In this document: positions 27,472 to 36,669 of the stretch, in pieces
Position numbering within the stretch: position 1 is the stretch's first letter
How the letters are laid out: the number at the start of each line of letters is the position of its first letter
Virus record (IMG/VR): IMGVR_UViG_3300024999_000149
Span: 1-50,287 of that record
Direction: 5' to 3' (one strand)
DNA length: 50,287 bases
Source: a virus
Taxonomy: Duplodnaviria; Caudoviricetes
The notes under the pieces: generated by a model
What the model was told of the DNA's origin: nothing
The model's input: the letters and a program-made list of their open reading frames with translations, nothing else
Databases searched by the model: none
Made by a program: the position numbers and the translations under genes

Positions 27472-28089
27472 TTACCAATCATAAGACCCCGGCAAATGAC
27501 AAACAAAATACTCCGGCGTAGCAATCTTACCAAATTTTCTCGACTTCATCATCAAACTCTGATTAAAATAATGATCATGAGCATAACCCCGATGACCCCA
27601 ACGTGCGCCTAATGACCGCTTATGGCAGATATTTGACGTTCCATTCTGCCCTAACTTCCTTATGTCACAGTTACGCTCGACCCAATCACCACCTGAGTAA
27701 ACAATGTCATTGTAAAATACCCAATCATAGTCTTTGAGGTTATCCGCAATGATCTGCAAATGATTTTCTCCCCAATAGTCGTCAATGTCACAGTAAATAA
27801 TAAACTCGCCCGTTGCCTGTTCTATTCCCGTGTTACGTGGTGCACCGTCCCACATCGGGGCTTTCTTAATCAAAGTAGTTGTTATCCTTTCGTCGGTGAA
27901 TTGCTTCATTAAGTCCATTGTCAGTTGACAGCCGTCAGCCACGACTTGTAATTCAAGGTCTGTAAAGGTCTGATCCAATACTGACTGAACAGCACGAACA
28001 ATCTTTTCTTCACGACGGGAAGCCGCACCTGGATAAGGCGACAATAGCGACGGCATTATACAGCTGAACTTCATCTCGCTTGCTTGCAT
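27472..28089 (-). CDS. Glycosyltransferase family 2
   Basis: FSCIMP, RAVQSVLDQTF, VVADG, RNTGIEQATGEFIIYCDIDD motifs. Confidence 0.9.
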   Translation of the reverse strand: MQASEMKFSCIMPSLLSPYPGAASRREEKIVRAVQSVLDQTFTDLELQVVADGCQLTMDLMKQFTDERITTTLIKKAPMWDGAPRNTGIEQATGEFIIYCDIDDYWGENHLQIIADNLKDYDWVFYNDIVYSGGDWVERNCDIRKLGQNGTSNICHKRSLGARWGHRGYAHDHYFNQSLMMKSRKFGKIATPEYFVCHLPGSYDW

Positions 28090-28262
28090 TTATGACAATA
28101 TGCCTCGGCATCATAATAGGTGAGTTCTCCCTTGCAGACAGGACATACATCTTGTTCTTTTATCTTATTCAATCTAAACTGTCTCTCTACTATTATCTCT
28201 ATTTGTCGCATTAACCTCTTGTATGAGTCCGGCCCCAAAATCATGTATGGTTCTCCTGTCAT
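28071..28262 (-). CDS. Small Zn-ribbon protein
   Basis: CPVC...CHKC; upstream TATCTTTG box at 28283-28290. Confidence 0.6.
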   Translation of the reverse strand: MTGEPYMILGPDSYKRLMRQIEIIVERQFRLNKIKEQDVCPVCKGELTYYDAEAYCHKCKQAR

Positions 28263-28306
28263 CTCTGTATTATTATGTCAAACAAAGATAAAATAATTTC
28301 CGAATT

Positions 28307-28513
28307 TCATACAGTCAGCACATCAGAATTATCAACCACTTTTGCAAATAGGCACTTTCTTACAGCCGCAATACCTTTCTTTGCCGCTTGCTTGCTGTTA
28401 TACATCTCCGACGTGGCAATACACTCACCGTTACCGGCTATTAAAACAAAGTAGTAGTATTCGTTTAGCTTATTGTGCTGAATACCTTTCGACCTTAATA
28501 TTTCAAACCTCAT
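28307..28513 (-). CDS. YegP/DUF1508-family protein
   Basis: FEI...YYFVLIAGNGECIATSEMYNSKQAAKKGIAAVRK signature. Confidence 0.85.
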   Translation of the reverse strand: MRFEILRSKGIQHNKLNEYYYFVLIAGNGECIATSEMYNSKQAAKKGIAAVRKCLFAKVVDNSDVLTV

Positions 28514-30308
28514 CTTCTGTTTCTATTGGTTCATTAAATGCTAACTCCGGTTCTTTCGGATTGGCCTCTTCCATTTGCAAAATGTATTCTTCGCATTTGG
28601 CTTTAACCTTTTTAGTTATAACGTCGTCGGCCATGTCATATATCCAGACTTCGCTTTCCTGTTCGAGATCATTGAAGATACTCTCCAAATTAGCCCATAG
28701 AACAGCGTTGTAATGCGTTGTAAGGTTCTGAGAGATCAATAGCCTCACGTTCTCTTCACTGTAGCCTCTGAATGGATTGTATGAGTTTTTAATGCGTATA
28801 ATCTTCAGTTCTTCGGGACGGTCAGCGTAAAGCATCTCGTTAATGTCATCCTCAATAGCTGCAATAGTAGAGGTTGAAGCACCAGCATCTTTTGCACGTT
28901 TGAGTTCATCCATCATATCAGACTGAGTTTTGAACTTGAAGTCATCGGGATATTGGTGTTCGACGATCAATCCTTTACCTAAGTCAGTAAAAGTAGCTAT
29001 GTCCGTGACAACAAACTCCCACAAAGTAGAAAGCCCCGAGGCAAAAGGCTTCAATGTGTCGTTCATGTTGTCCTCAGTGATCTTCACCTCTGTTGCGGTA
29101 TTCGTGAGTTCATTGCGGGTCATCAGTTCTTTATTGAACATCATCAGATAAACAGAAGCCCTCAAACCCTGAATGTACCTTTCCTGAAAGTCCAATAATT
29201 CAATAGGAGGCGACTTGTAAACAAGCAGCTTTTCAAGATCAAACATCTCTTGCGGGTCACGTGGCAGTTCAAGTGTCTGAATGTCCATTGTCGAAGCATG
29301 AACCGGCTCTCTACCCGTACCCTTGCATACACCACAAGTTGTACCGTCTAAGCAAGTTCCGCCTTTACACTCAGGATTAGGACACGGATTAACATAACGA
29401 AAACGTTGCGGGAAGGCCGTCATAGCCGTAGAAAGATCCAGCTCGCTGTCGATCTTCAAAGTCTTATTCAGGTAAGGAATAACATCATGAAATACCGAGA
29501 CAAACGTTCTGCCCTGTGTCTGCGAATCATGTTTAAAGCCAAATCTTCGGGCTGGTATCTTATCGCTTTTGGGAATAAAGTAACTGACCGTGTAGTATTT
29601 GCCTCCTATTTCAATACCTTCGGGAAATTCATTATCCAACGAATAAAACATCGGTTTATCCCGCACCTCAGTAAAAACAATCGTATCCGTGCCGAGGTAA
29701 ATAGTGTATTTCGAGCCTTCGTAATCATTGCCCTTTTCGTCGACAAGCGTAATAGGCAACTTGACAACCAGGTACTGAAGGATGTTATTCTTGAACTCAA
29801 ACATTATAGCCTGTTGCGATGTAGCAATGAACGGGTAAGGCTTGGCTTTCTCTTTGTTCGAATCAAACTCATCAAACTCTGTAATTAAAAAAGCATTAGG
29901 ATCAAGGTAGTTGTAATCGACATAAGCATACTCAAAGAACTTTTCAAGTGAAGCGTCGCCCCAGTATTCAGCTATTTTTAGTTCCAGTTCTGCCTGACGC
30001 TTTTCATAGTCGCCCTCAGTCTCCCAGTCGATCTTTCTGACTTTAGGTTTCTTGCGGACTGCTTTTTGAAATGACAACTTTGTCGAGGCAAGTGTCGGCG
30101 GGATAATTGAATTTGTAATCGTTTTACGCATCGTAAACTCATCCTCTGTTTCACGTGAAACAACCCTCCGAAGTAGGTCGCTGATCCCGTCACCTGAAAC
30201 CATCTTATAGTATTTCTCCGCAAGGTCGCAAACGTGTTTATAATCCCTGTGCGTCACGTTATCCGTGATGATGCGCCACAGTTCCTGAAAGCCCTGTAAT
30301 TTGTCCAT
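28503..30308 (-). CDS. Portal protein (with DnaJ-like Zn-finger insertion)
   Basis: 601 aa directly after TerL; CPNPECKGG...CGVCKGTG at 29313-29384. Confidence 0.75.
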   Translation of the reverse strand: MDKLQGFQELWRIITDNVTHRDYKHVCDLAEKYYKMVSGDGISDLLRRVVSRETEDEFTMRKTITNSIIPPTLASTKLSFQKAVRKKPKVRKIDWETEGDYEKRQAELELKIAEYWGDASLEKFFEYAYVDYNYLDPNAFLITEFDEFDSNKEKAKPYPFIATSQQAIMFEFKNNILQYLVVKLPITLVDEKGNDYEGSKYTIYLGTDTIVFTEVRDKPMFYSLDNEFPEGIEIGGKYYTVSYFIPKSDKIPARRFGFKHDSQTQGRTFVSVFHDVIPYLNKTLKIDSELDLSTAMTAFPQRFRYVNPCPNPECKGGTCLDGTTCGVCKGTGREPVHASTMDIQTLELPRDPQEMFDLEKLLVYKSPPIELLDFQERYIQGLRASVYLMMFNKELMTRNELTNTATEVKITEDNMNDTLKPFASGLSTLWEFVVTDIATFTDLGKGLIVEHQYPDDFKFKTQSDMMDELKRAKDAGASTSTIAAIEDDINEMLYADRPEELKIIRIKNSYNPFRGYSEENVRLLISQNLTTHYNAVLWANLESIFNDLEQESEVWIYDMADDVITKKVKAKCEEYILQMEEANPKEPELAFNEPIETEDEV

Positions 30309-30309
30309 C

Positions 30310-33300
30310 TTATTTATAATAATTGTTAAAAACTTCGACTAACTGATATTCGCAATTGTGTACAAGAATACCGTTTGCAAAGTATTCGTGCATCCCGTCT
30401 ACTGTAATATCATACACTACCGCGTTTCTTTCTTCTTGCTTTTCCTCCACAAGAACGGGAACAACATACAGATTTACTCCATCTATTGACCTCAAATATT
30501 CCGCCACATTCAACACAGGTGCGCTGTTCATTATATTTCCCCTCTGCCCTGTATCTTCGTGCTTGATATTTATTTTGGCATTTTCTGGTACACCATTCAG
30601 GGGTATTCCGAAGTATAGTTTTAAACTCCGTCCCACATCCTTTACATTTAGTCGCATATTCGTCCGTGAAAAGAACTTCCGCAGCGTGAATCTTATGCCA
30701 CTCCCTACCCTCCTCCGACTTATGCCATTCAGTTGCCTTTGGATGTGCTTTTTGCTGTAAGACATCTTTAAGCATCTGTTTGTAATCATCCGAACTTCTT
30801 TCGTAATGCCCCCCCAAATGCTCTTTATACGATAATAGAGCGATGTTCTCAATTCTGTTATCTCCGAAGTCACCATTAATATGGTGTATTGTAAGTCCTT
30901 TTGGAATCGGCCCATTAGCCTTCTCCCAAATGTATCTGTGAAGATAACGCTTTGTCCATTTGCCATTAATACGAACCCATCCCTTATAGTAGTTCCGGTC
31001 GCTTGCGGACTTACCATTGGGGTAACGGTGAAATCTGAAGTCGTCGTAGATAACTGTTTCTTTTTCCATGTTTCTTTTTCTGCAAAGATACATAATATAT
31101 TTGTACCTATCAGACCTTTTACCATAGAAAAATGATTGTTTGCAAATATTTTATGATCATCCGTACAAGCAATTTCCTTGTCTCCGATCACATATGTATT
31201 TACTTTCTTAATGCCATTATTATGAAAGGCTATAACAGGCATAAACCCCGCCCTTGTTAATACTTTATCACCGAACTTAATCTGATCAATACGTTTCTCT
31301 CCCTTGTCGGTTAGGATTAATGTTTCACCCACAAAACAAGTATCGGATAGGTGGCCGTATTTCTGATACTTATCGCCTGTTTCTTTGTCAGTGACGATAT
31401 GCTTGTCCTTTGCTCCGTTAATATCCTGTTTAACGTACATCATGTCAGCAATCATCAGTTTACAACTCTCATCAATCAGTATTCGTATTGGTAATTTCTC
31501 TTCAAAGATACGATTTATAAAGTCACGGCGTTTAGTAATTGAAGGGTTCTGTCGCATCATACGCGCCGAGCCGTTGACAAGAAACCTCCTTAGTTTATAT
31601 TCTATGATCTCATAATGATGTTTAAACTCCTTGTTCATCGTTGAACGTGCCTTGCCAGAAGCATCACCGTAATAGTAAATCGCTGACTTATGCGAAGCAT
31701 ACCGCATTAGTATATCTTCACAGACCTCTTCAGTTGAGTTACGGGGGTTCTCAAGAGCGATCTCGTCAATACAATACGACCACCAGATATCTTCTTTGCG
31801 CTCAAACTGCCAGATAGAACATGAGTTATAAGGAACAGAGTTCTGGTCAAACGAGATGTGCAAAGGCTTCGTTTTATCGTAGGTACACTTACCGACGTGC
31901 TTAAGGCGATCAAAAGATGAATAGAACTCGCCGCCTGCACTGACGAAAGGGCAAGCGTATATCAGAGCTTTGCCCCTTTGGTCGGAGTTATTGTCAAGAA
32001 CATTGCGGATATAATTTTCACCTACATTGTGGACGTTGTGCCAAGTCGACGAAATAACGACACACTTATTGTCGAACTCCTTCCAAAAGAATGTTTTGTC
32101 AGAGTAAATGCTATTATTAATCTCCTCAATGTAGGTTTCAAGTGAGAATAGCTCATTAATCCAGTCAACTTTTGCCGGGGATGTTACGATAAATAACGGG
32201 TTATATTGTTCTTCGGGCTTTCCCTCAGCCTTTAATTCACCGTTTACCATAAACATTCCCCGTTGCCTAATACGTGCAATAATGATTTCCTTTACATCCT
32301 CTTCACGTGTATCCCATGTTTCATCTAATACCCCCCACCCTGCCTCCTTTCCACTATGTGCGGAACTATTTTCTAAAGACCCAATAAATACTATTGCCCC
32401 ATTAATAAATGAAATAATGTTATAATAAGAATCAAAACTGTGACCCTCTGTGCTAAAATGAGATGGAGGTTTCTTTCCTACAACGTATTGACCAAGAGGA
32501 CTGCCTTCCTTATCGTACTCCACAATGCCGATGCTCTTCCAATACTCTCTTATACGGAACAGCGTTGATTGAGTCAGCTGCATTGCCGTATTTGCACCCA
32601 CAAAGCCCCGCACCTTCGGGAACTTTCTTATAAGTTGGTAGGTCTTTATTCCAAGCAAATAAGTTTTCCCGCTATTGTGAGCTATTATATTATCAGTCGT
32701 TACACAGTAGTTATGGTTATCAGCTACCTGTAAATCATAAACAATATCACAATCAAATGGTGTTACCTCAGTTATGTCCTCTATGGAAATTTCACGTGCA
32801 GCCAACTGCGGGTACAACAATCGTTGATTACCTCCTTTTTGAATCCCAATACTTCCCCTATTTTTTTGTATGTCATCCCCGCTTTGTGCATCTCCCTTGC
32901 ACGTATTACAATTGCATCCGTTAGTTTGTGTTTCGGATGATTTTCCCCCGCATTGCTCTCCAACCCCGTCGCAAACGCATGAGTCACATTCTCTGATCGT
33001 GTTGCCCATTCCAGGTTTTCTATCCTGTTGTCCGTCTTTATTCCGTTGATATGATTTATTGTTGGCTTGTTCAGCGGATTCGGAATAAACACCTTCGCAA
33101 TCTCTCTGTGCATTTTGATCGTATGATACTCTCCATTCCTCAGTATCATTGTCCTGAGATAGCCGCAAGCATCCAACGCAGGCTTCATTATCGCCGGAGA
33201 GTATCCCCCGTGCCACTTTCGGGTTAATAGCCTTCCCATATTGCTCACGTAATACCTGTCCTTTGTTTCCGGTATTACTCTCCAAACTTCGTTGGGCAAG

Positions 33301-33642
33301 CTCTCTAATGGCAACCCAAGTTCCTTTAAAGTAAAATCTGTGTTCATTTGTGCAGATAATTTTATGATTATTCACCACAAATATACTACACTTTTGTTTA
33401 ATATCACCCGTTTTATAGCAATATTTTTGCACAACTGATTTATACTCTGTTTTTTGTAAGGTTTCATTAAATGATAATACCCTATCCCCGCTTTCAATAT
33501 CTCTGATTTGTTTGTATCCCTTGTCAGTCGGAATAAGCGTTTCACCGTGAAAACATCCGACACCTCCGAGAAACAAGTTCATTGCTTTCGTGCTTTTAAG
33601 TATGGCACGTTGAGGCTCGGAGATTGTCTGTTCTATTGTCAT
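30310..33642 (-). CDS. terL: Terminase large subunit with two inteins (predicted spliced length 488 aa)
   Basis: Walker A GGVG|SGKT split by intein 1; Walker B VLDE; nuclease SFDQN, YGDASG, GHLSDT|C split by intein 2. Confidence 0.92.
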   Translation of the reverse strand: MTIEQTISEPQRAILKSTKAMNLFLGGVGCFHGETLIPTDKGYKQIRDIESGDRVLSFNETLQKTEYKSVVQKYCYKTGDIKQKCSIFVVNNHKIICTNEHRFYFKGTWVAIRELAQRSLESNTGNKGQVLREQYGKAINPKVARGILSGDNEACVGCLRLSQDNDTEEWRVSYDQNAQRDCEGVYSESAEQANNKSYQRNKDGQQDRKPGMGNTIRECDSCVCDGVGEQCGGKSSETQTNGCNCNTCKGDAQSGDDIQKNRGSIGIQKGGNQRLLYPQLAAREISIEDITEVTPFDCDIVYDLQVADNHNYCVTTDNIIAHNSGKTYLLGIKTYQLIRKFPKVRGFVGANTAMQLTQSTLFRIREYWKSIGIVEYDKEGSPLGQYVVGKKPPSHFSTEGHSFDSYYNIISFINGAIVFIGSLENSSAHSGKEAGWGVLDETWDTREEDVKEIIIARIRQRGMFMVNGELKAEGKPEEQYNPLFIVTSPAKVDWINELFSLETYIEEINNSIYSDKTFFWKEFDNKCVVISSTWHNVHNVGENYIRNVLDNNSDQRGKALIYACPFVSAGGEFYSSFDRLKHVGKCTYDKTKPLHISFDQNSVPYNSCSIWQFERKEDIWWSYCIDEIALENPRNSTEEVCEDILMRYASHKSAIYYYGDASGKARSTMNKEFKHHYEIIEYKLRRFLVNGSARMMRQNPSITKRRDFINRIFEEKLPIRILIDESCKLMIADMMYVKQDINGAKDKHIVTDKETGDKYQKYGHLSDTCFVGETLILTDKGEKRIDQIKFGDKVLTRAGFMPVIAFHNNGIKKVNTYVIGDKEIACTDDHKIFANNHFSMVKGLIGTNILCIFAEKETWKKKQLSTTTSDFTVTPMVSPQATGTTIRDGFVLMANGQSVIFTDTFGRRLMGRFQKDLQYTILMVTSEITELRTSLYYRIKSIWGGITKEVRMITNRCLKMSYSKKHIQRQLNGISRRRVGSGIRFTLRKFFSRTNMRLNVKDVGRSLKLYFGIPLNGVPENAKINIKHEDTGQRGNIMNSAPVLNVAEYLRSIDGVNLYVVPVLVEEKQEERNAVVYDITVDGMHEYFANGILVHNCEYQLVEVFNNYYK
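30355..31338 (-). mobile_element. Intein 2 in the TerL nuclease domain (328 aa)
   Basis: Starts CFVGETLILTDKG, block B CTDDHKI, ends VYDITVDGMHEYFANGILVHN followed by +1 Cys. Confidence 0.92.
30410..31069 (-). CDS. HNH homing endonuclease nested out of frame in intein 2
   Basis: YLHRYIWEKANGPIPKGLTIHHINGDFGDNRIENI...H; two C-terminal CxxC/CxxxC modules; likely start MEK at 31069. Confidence 0.88.
   Translation of the reverse strand: MEKETVIYDDFRFHRYPNGKSASDRNYYKGWVRINGKWTKRYLHRYIWEKANGPIPKGLTIHHINGDFGDNRIENIALLSYKEHLGGHYERSSDDYKQMLKDVLQQKAHPKATEWHKSEEGREWHKIHAAEVLFTDEYATKCKGCGTEFKTILRNTPEWCTRKCQNKYQARRYRAEGKYNEQRTCVECGGIFEVNRWSKSVCCSRSCGGKARRKKRGSV
32674..33555 (-). mobile_element. Intein 1 in the TerL Walker A (294 aa)
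   Basis: Starts CFHGETLIPTDKG, block B CTNEHRF, ends VYDLQVADNHNYCV....IAHN followed by +1 Ser. Confidence 0.92.
32781..33347 (-). CDS. NUMOD4-HNH homing endonuclease nested out of frame in intein 1
   Basis: EVWRVIP....YYVSNMGR (NUMOD4), HREIAKVFIPNP....INHINGIKTDNRIENLEWAT.SEN..HA, C-terminal HTH. Confidence 0.92.
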   Translation of the reverse strand: MNTDFTLKELGLPLESLPNEVWRVIPETKDRYYVSNMGRLLTRKWHGGYSPAIMKPALDACGYLRTMILRNGEYHTIKMHREIAKVFIPNPLNKPTINHINGIKTDNRIENLEWATRSENVTHAFATGLESNAGENHPKHKLTDAIVIRAREMHKAGMTYKKIGEVLGFKKEVINDCCTRSWLHVKFP

Positions 33643-34058
33643 TTTATAACAATGTCAGGCAGTGTGGGTACATTTACAGTGTGGTCAATTTCCGTCTTGT
33701 CTGACCAACCCATATTCTTTAATGCAAAAATAGACCCCGTACAAGCCTTATCGATTAGGTTCTCTTCATAGTTCATTTCAATTCTGAGCCTTGCCTTTTT
33801 TATAATGTCCGTAAACTCAACCTTGTTTTCGTATTCATAGAAACTTGAACGTGAATTAAATCCAAGAAAATAAGCAAGTCCGCTAATGGTATAAATGGGA
33901 ATTTTAACTGAGCCGTTTAATGTAGGATACTCTTTCATGTTCGCACCTCCATTAAAATACTCGTCAACCTTCGACTGTAACTCTTCCGGTGAATTAAACA
34001 AAGCCGGACGGCCTCCGTCGTTACCTAATGCGTTCTTATTTCCTTTCGGTGCTGCCAT
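33639..34058 (-). CDS. terS: Terminase small subunit (P22 gp3-like)
   Basis: MAAPKGNKNA....GRP..FNSPEEL...DEYF...TISGLA.FLG...IFALKN.GW.D; directly upstream of TerL. Confidence 0.88.
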   Translation of the reverse strand: MAAPKGNKNALGNDGGRPALFNSPEELQSKVDEYFNGGANMKEYPTLNGSVKIPIYTISGLAYFLGFNSRSSFYEYENKVEFTDIIKKARLRIEMNYEENLIDKACTGSIFALKNMGWSDKTEIDHTVNVPTLPDIVIK

Positions 34059-34330
34059 TATTTTACCTTTTCATTTAGGAACTTCTTTAAGTCATCTCTG
34101 TTATTTTCACTCATCAAAAATTCATCCCATGCGCCAAAACGAGACTTATAGCCAAATATGTATTTAATGGCATACCAAATGCGTTTAAAGATACTTCTAT
34201 GCGTCATCAAGTGTATTAGAATGCCTAATACATCATAGTTGTCTTCTTTCCAATAATAGAACTTTGCCTGATGCTCTATTGAGTTACAGTCGCAAATCAT
34301 TATTTCCGTTTCTTCAAACTTATCTCCCAT
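34058..34330 (-). CDS. Hypothetical phage protein
   Basis: 90 aa; CDC..EH and RIWYAIKYIFGYKS. Confidence 0.65.
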   Translation of the reverse strand: MGDKFEETEIMICDCNSIEHQAKFYYWKEDNYDVLGILIHLMTHRSIFKRIWYAIKYIFGYKSRFGAWDEFLMSENNRDDLKKFLNEKVK

Positions 34331-34493
34331 CAGAATTTAATATAAACGTTTTGATAACAACAGCATCGTATTCACGACGACCATCTCCCTCAACTTCAGT
34401 CTTAGCCTTTAATGCCAATTCATAACTATCATATATACCTAATAAATCATGGCCTACATGATATTCAACTCCAAATACACAATATAGTTCCAT
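34320..34493 (-). CDS. Small hypothetical protein (57 aa)
   Basis: MELYCVFGVEYHVGHDLLGIYDSYELA..., translated by hand; TAACTTTG box at 34498-34505. Confidence 0.55.
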   Translation of the reverse strand: MELYCVFGVEYHVGHDLLGIYDSYELALKAKTEVEGDGRREYDAVVIKTFILNSDGR

Positions 34494-34515
34494 ATCGCAA
34501 AGTTACGTTTTTTTA

Positions 34516-34722
34516 TCATACCGTTGTACCCTCTTCGAAATCGTATGTCACAGAGCCGGTGGTGTAAACTATCTTACACTTTTTTACGATGTTTATTATA
34601 TCCTGCTCGACTTCTTTTAGTTTAAACCGTCGGCACTGCTTTTGTATGTGCCCAAGTGTTTCATCCATTTCCTCACAGTCGAGCAAAATGTTTGCCACGT
34701 GTATTAAGTCTTTTGATGTCAT
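34516..34722 (-). CDS. Hypothetical protein
   Basis: 68 aa, ATGA-coupled. Confidence 0.55.
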   Translation of the reverse strand: MTSKDLIHVANILLDCEEMDETLGHIQKQCRRFKLKEVEQDIINIVKKCKIVYTTGSVTYDFEEGTTV

Positions 34723-35804
34723 ATTAACGTACTCCAGTATCTTAAAGTTTCAATTGATTGTTCAAATGTATAAAAAGGTGCGCCGCTTTGCACATAAATG
34801 TCATCATTCAATCCTGCGGCTTTTGCACGTCGGTAAATATCGGTCCCCGGAAGTACCCATGCAATATTCACACCGTAACGAGACATTTTTACCCTCCGTC
34901 TTATCCGTGCTGTTTTTCTTATATCCTCTATTGTGTCTCCGGGCAGTCCGATAATAAACTGGCTCATTGTAGCGATCCCATGTCGTTCGGCTGTTTCTAT
35001 TCCTTTGATCATTCGCTCGACGGTTGTATTTTTGCCGCAGCGATCCAAACTGTCCTGAGAGAAACTCTCTATGCCTAACCACAGAGTATGGCAACCTGAC
35101 CGCTTTAAGGCTGCACAAAGTTCATCGTCGAGGTTCTCGGCACGTGAAGCGCACTGCCATGATCCCTGAATGTTATTACATATTTCAATAGCACGTTTAC
35201 GGTTTGCTGTAAAGTTGTCATCTTCAAACATCCAGGTCTTATACCCAAAATGATTAATTTCTTCAATAACACTTTCAGATGAACGGGCTTTCCACTTATT
35301 GCCCCAGAATGAAGTAGAGCCGCAAAAGTTGCATTTAAAAGGACAGCCACGTGAAGAAATGACAACGTTATCGGTATAGTGTAGCCCCGTGTAATCAGGG
35401 AACGGAATATCATTTACTGTCTTATAGTGTTGTGTTGATGTTTTTTTTATCTGCTCTCTATCTCCATTTAAAATATCAATCATTGCGTTTTCGCCTTCAC
35501 CAATAACGACCTGATCATACCCTATTGCGATCATTTGTTCAGGTAAGGCCGAAGGATGATGACCGCCACAGACTAAATGCGTATTCTTAAAATGTTCTCT
35601 TATCCTCTGAGCATACTGAACCGAAAAGGAATGAAAGGTCACTCCGACAATATCGTAATTATCAGGCTCGCACATCGCAGCATCAAGGTCGAGGGATTTT
35701 ACTTCAACGCCCTGTGCCAAGATCGTCGCCTGAAGATAACCGATGCTCGGCGGCGGAAATAACTCTCCCGGCCACGGATTGACCAACAATACTCGTAACG
35801 ACAT
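34719..35804 (-). CDS. Cobalamin-binding radical SAM enzyme (class B methyltransferase-like)
   Basis: VCGGHHPSALP, VIGEGE, SRGCPFKCNFC (CxxxCxxC), FEDDNF, GIESF, FIIGLPG, PGT motifs. Confidence 0.9.
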   Translation of the reverse strand: MSLRVLLVNPWPGELFPPPSIGYLQATILAQGVEVKSLDLDAAMCEPDNYDIVGVTFHSFSVQYAQRIREHFKNTHLVCGGHHPSALPEQMIAIGYDQVVIGEGENAMIDILNGDREQIKKTSTQHYKTVNDIPFPDYTGLHYTDNVVISSRGCPFKCNFCGSTSFWGNKWKARSSESVIEEINHFGYKTWMFEDDNFTANRKRAIEICNNIQGSWQCASRAENLDDELCAALKRSGCHTLWLGIESFSQDSLDRCGKNTTVERMIKGIETAERHGIATMSQFIIGLPGDTIEDIRKTARIRRRVKMSRYGVNIAWVLPGTDIYRRAKAAGLNDDIYVQSGAPFYTFEQSIETLRYWSTLI

Positions 35805-36669
35805 TTATCACTCGGTTTATCCCTTCGGTAACTGATACTTCGGGAATTATTTTTAATATGTTTGCTTGCTTTTCAAGATTAGGATACTTCGTCAGTGTCA
35901 TCTTTGACGGCAAGTCTGAAATCTTTATCAGATCCCTTGACCTACCCATCCTTAAACAGACAATATCGGCAAGCTCTTCGACTGAGATAACATTAGGATG
36001 ACCGATGTTTATTATCTCGTAGTTTTCAACATACATAACACGCTCTAAAGCACGGACAGCATCCGATATATGCATCCATGAACGCATTGCTCCACGGTGA
36101 ACCTCTATCTCACGGCCTTTAGCAAGTGACCAAACAAAGCGTATCATTGCCGACCTATGGTTGCCTATATCCTCATTCTCATCATAAAACATAAACGGGC
36201 GCACGGTCACGGCCCTCAATCCTTCATTCAAAGAATATTCGACAAGTTTCTCACCGAGGTATTTCGTCAGACCATAAAAGTTATTCGGTACACAACGTTC
36301 ACCTTCTGAAAGCATCCCTCCGGTGTTACCATAAACCTCTGAGGTAGAAAAGTAAATGAGTTTTGCATTATATTGTTTGCATAACTGAATGACATTTTCA
36401 GTCCCGGTTAAATTCACTTCGGTAGTATAAGACGGTGCAGTCTCACACGTGACCCGTGAAACCATCGCTGCCATATGATAAACTACTTCAGGCCTGAACT
36501 CATTGAAGGCCTTTTGAAGCTCATAAGCGTTGCAAACATCTCCGGTTAAATAATCTTCACCGCACCCCTGACGAATATCAAACCGAAATACTTCATGCCC
36601 CATTGACTTAAAATATGGTACAAGCCTTCGACCTATATTACCCTCTGATCCGGTTACGAGTATCTTCAT
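35704..36669 (-). CDS. NAD-dependent nucleotide-sugar epimerase/dehydratase
   Basis: ILVTGSEGNIG, HMAA, STSEVYG, YGLTK (YxxxK). Confidence 0.92.
   Translation of the reverse strand: MKILVTGSEGNIGRRLVPYFKSMGHEVFRFDIRQGCGEDYLTGDVCNAYELQKAFNEFRPEVVYHMAAMVSRVTCETAPSYTTEVNLTGTENVIQLCKQYNAKLIYFSTSEVYGNTGGMLSEGERCVPNNFYGLTKYLGEKLVEYSLNEGLRAVTVRPFMFYDENEDIGNHRSAMIRFVWSLAKGREIEVHRGAMRSWMHISDAVRALERVMYVENYEIINIGHPNVISVEELADIVCLRMGRSRDLIKISDLPSKMTLTKYPNLEKQANILKIIPEVSVTEGINRVINVVTSIVGQSVAGRVISAAEHRLSSGDDLGTGR

Noticed and set aside
30310-33642. Group I introns or a frameshifted terL pseudogene
   Set aside because: The frame is continuous, and both insertions have Cys1, block B His and terminal His-Asn followed by Ser/Cys, as in inteins.
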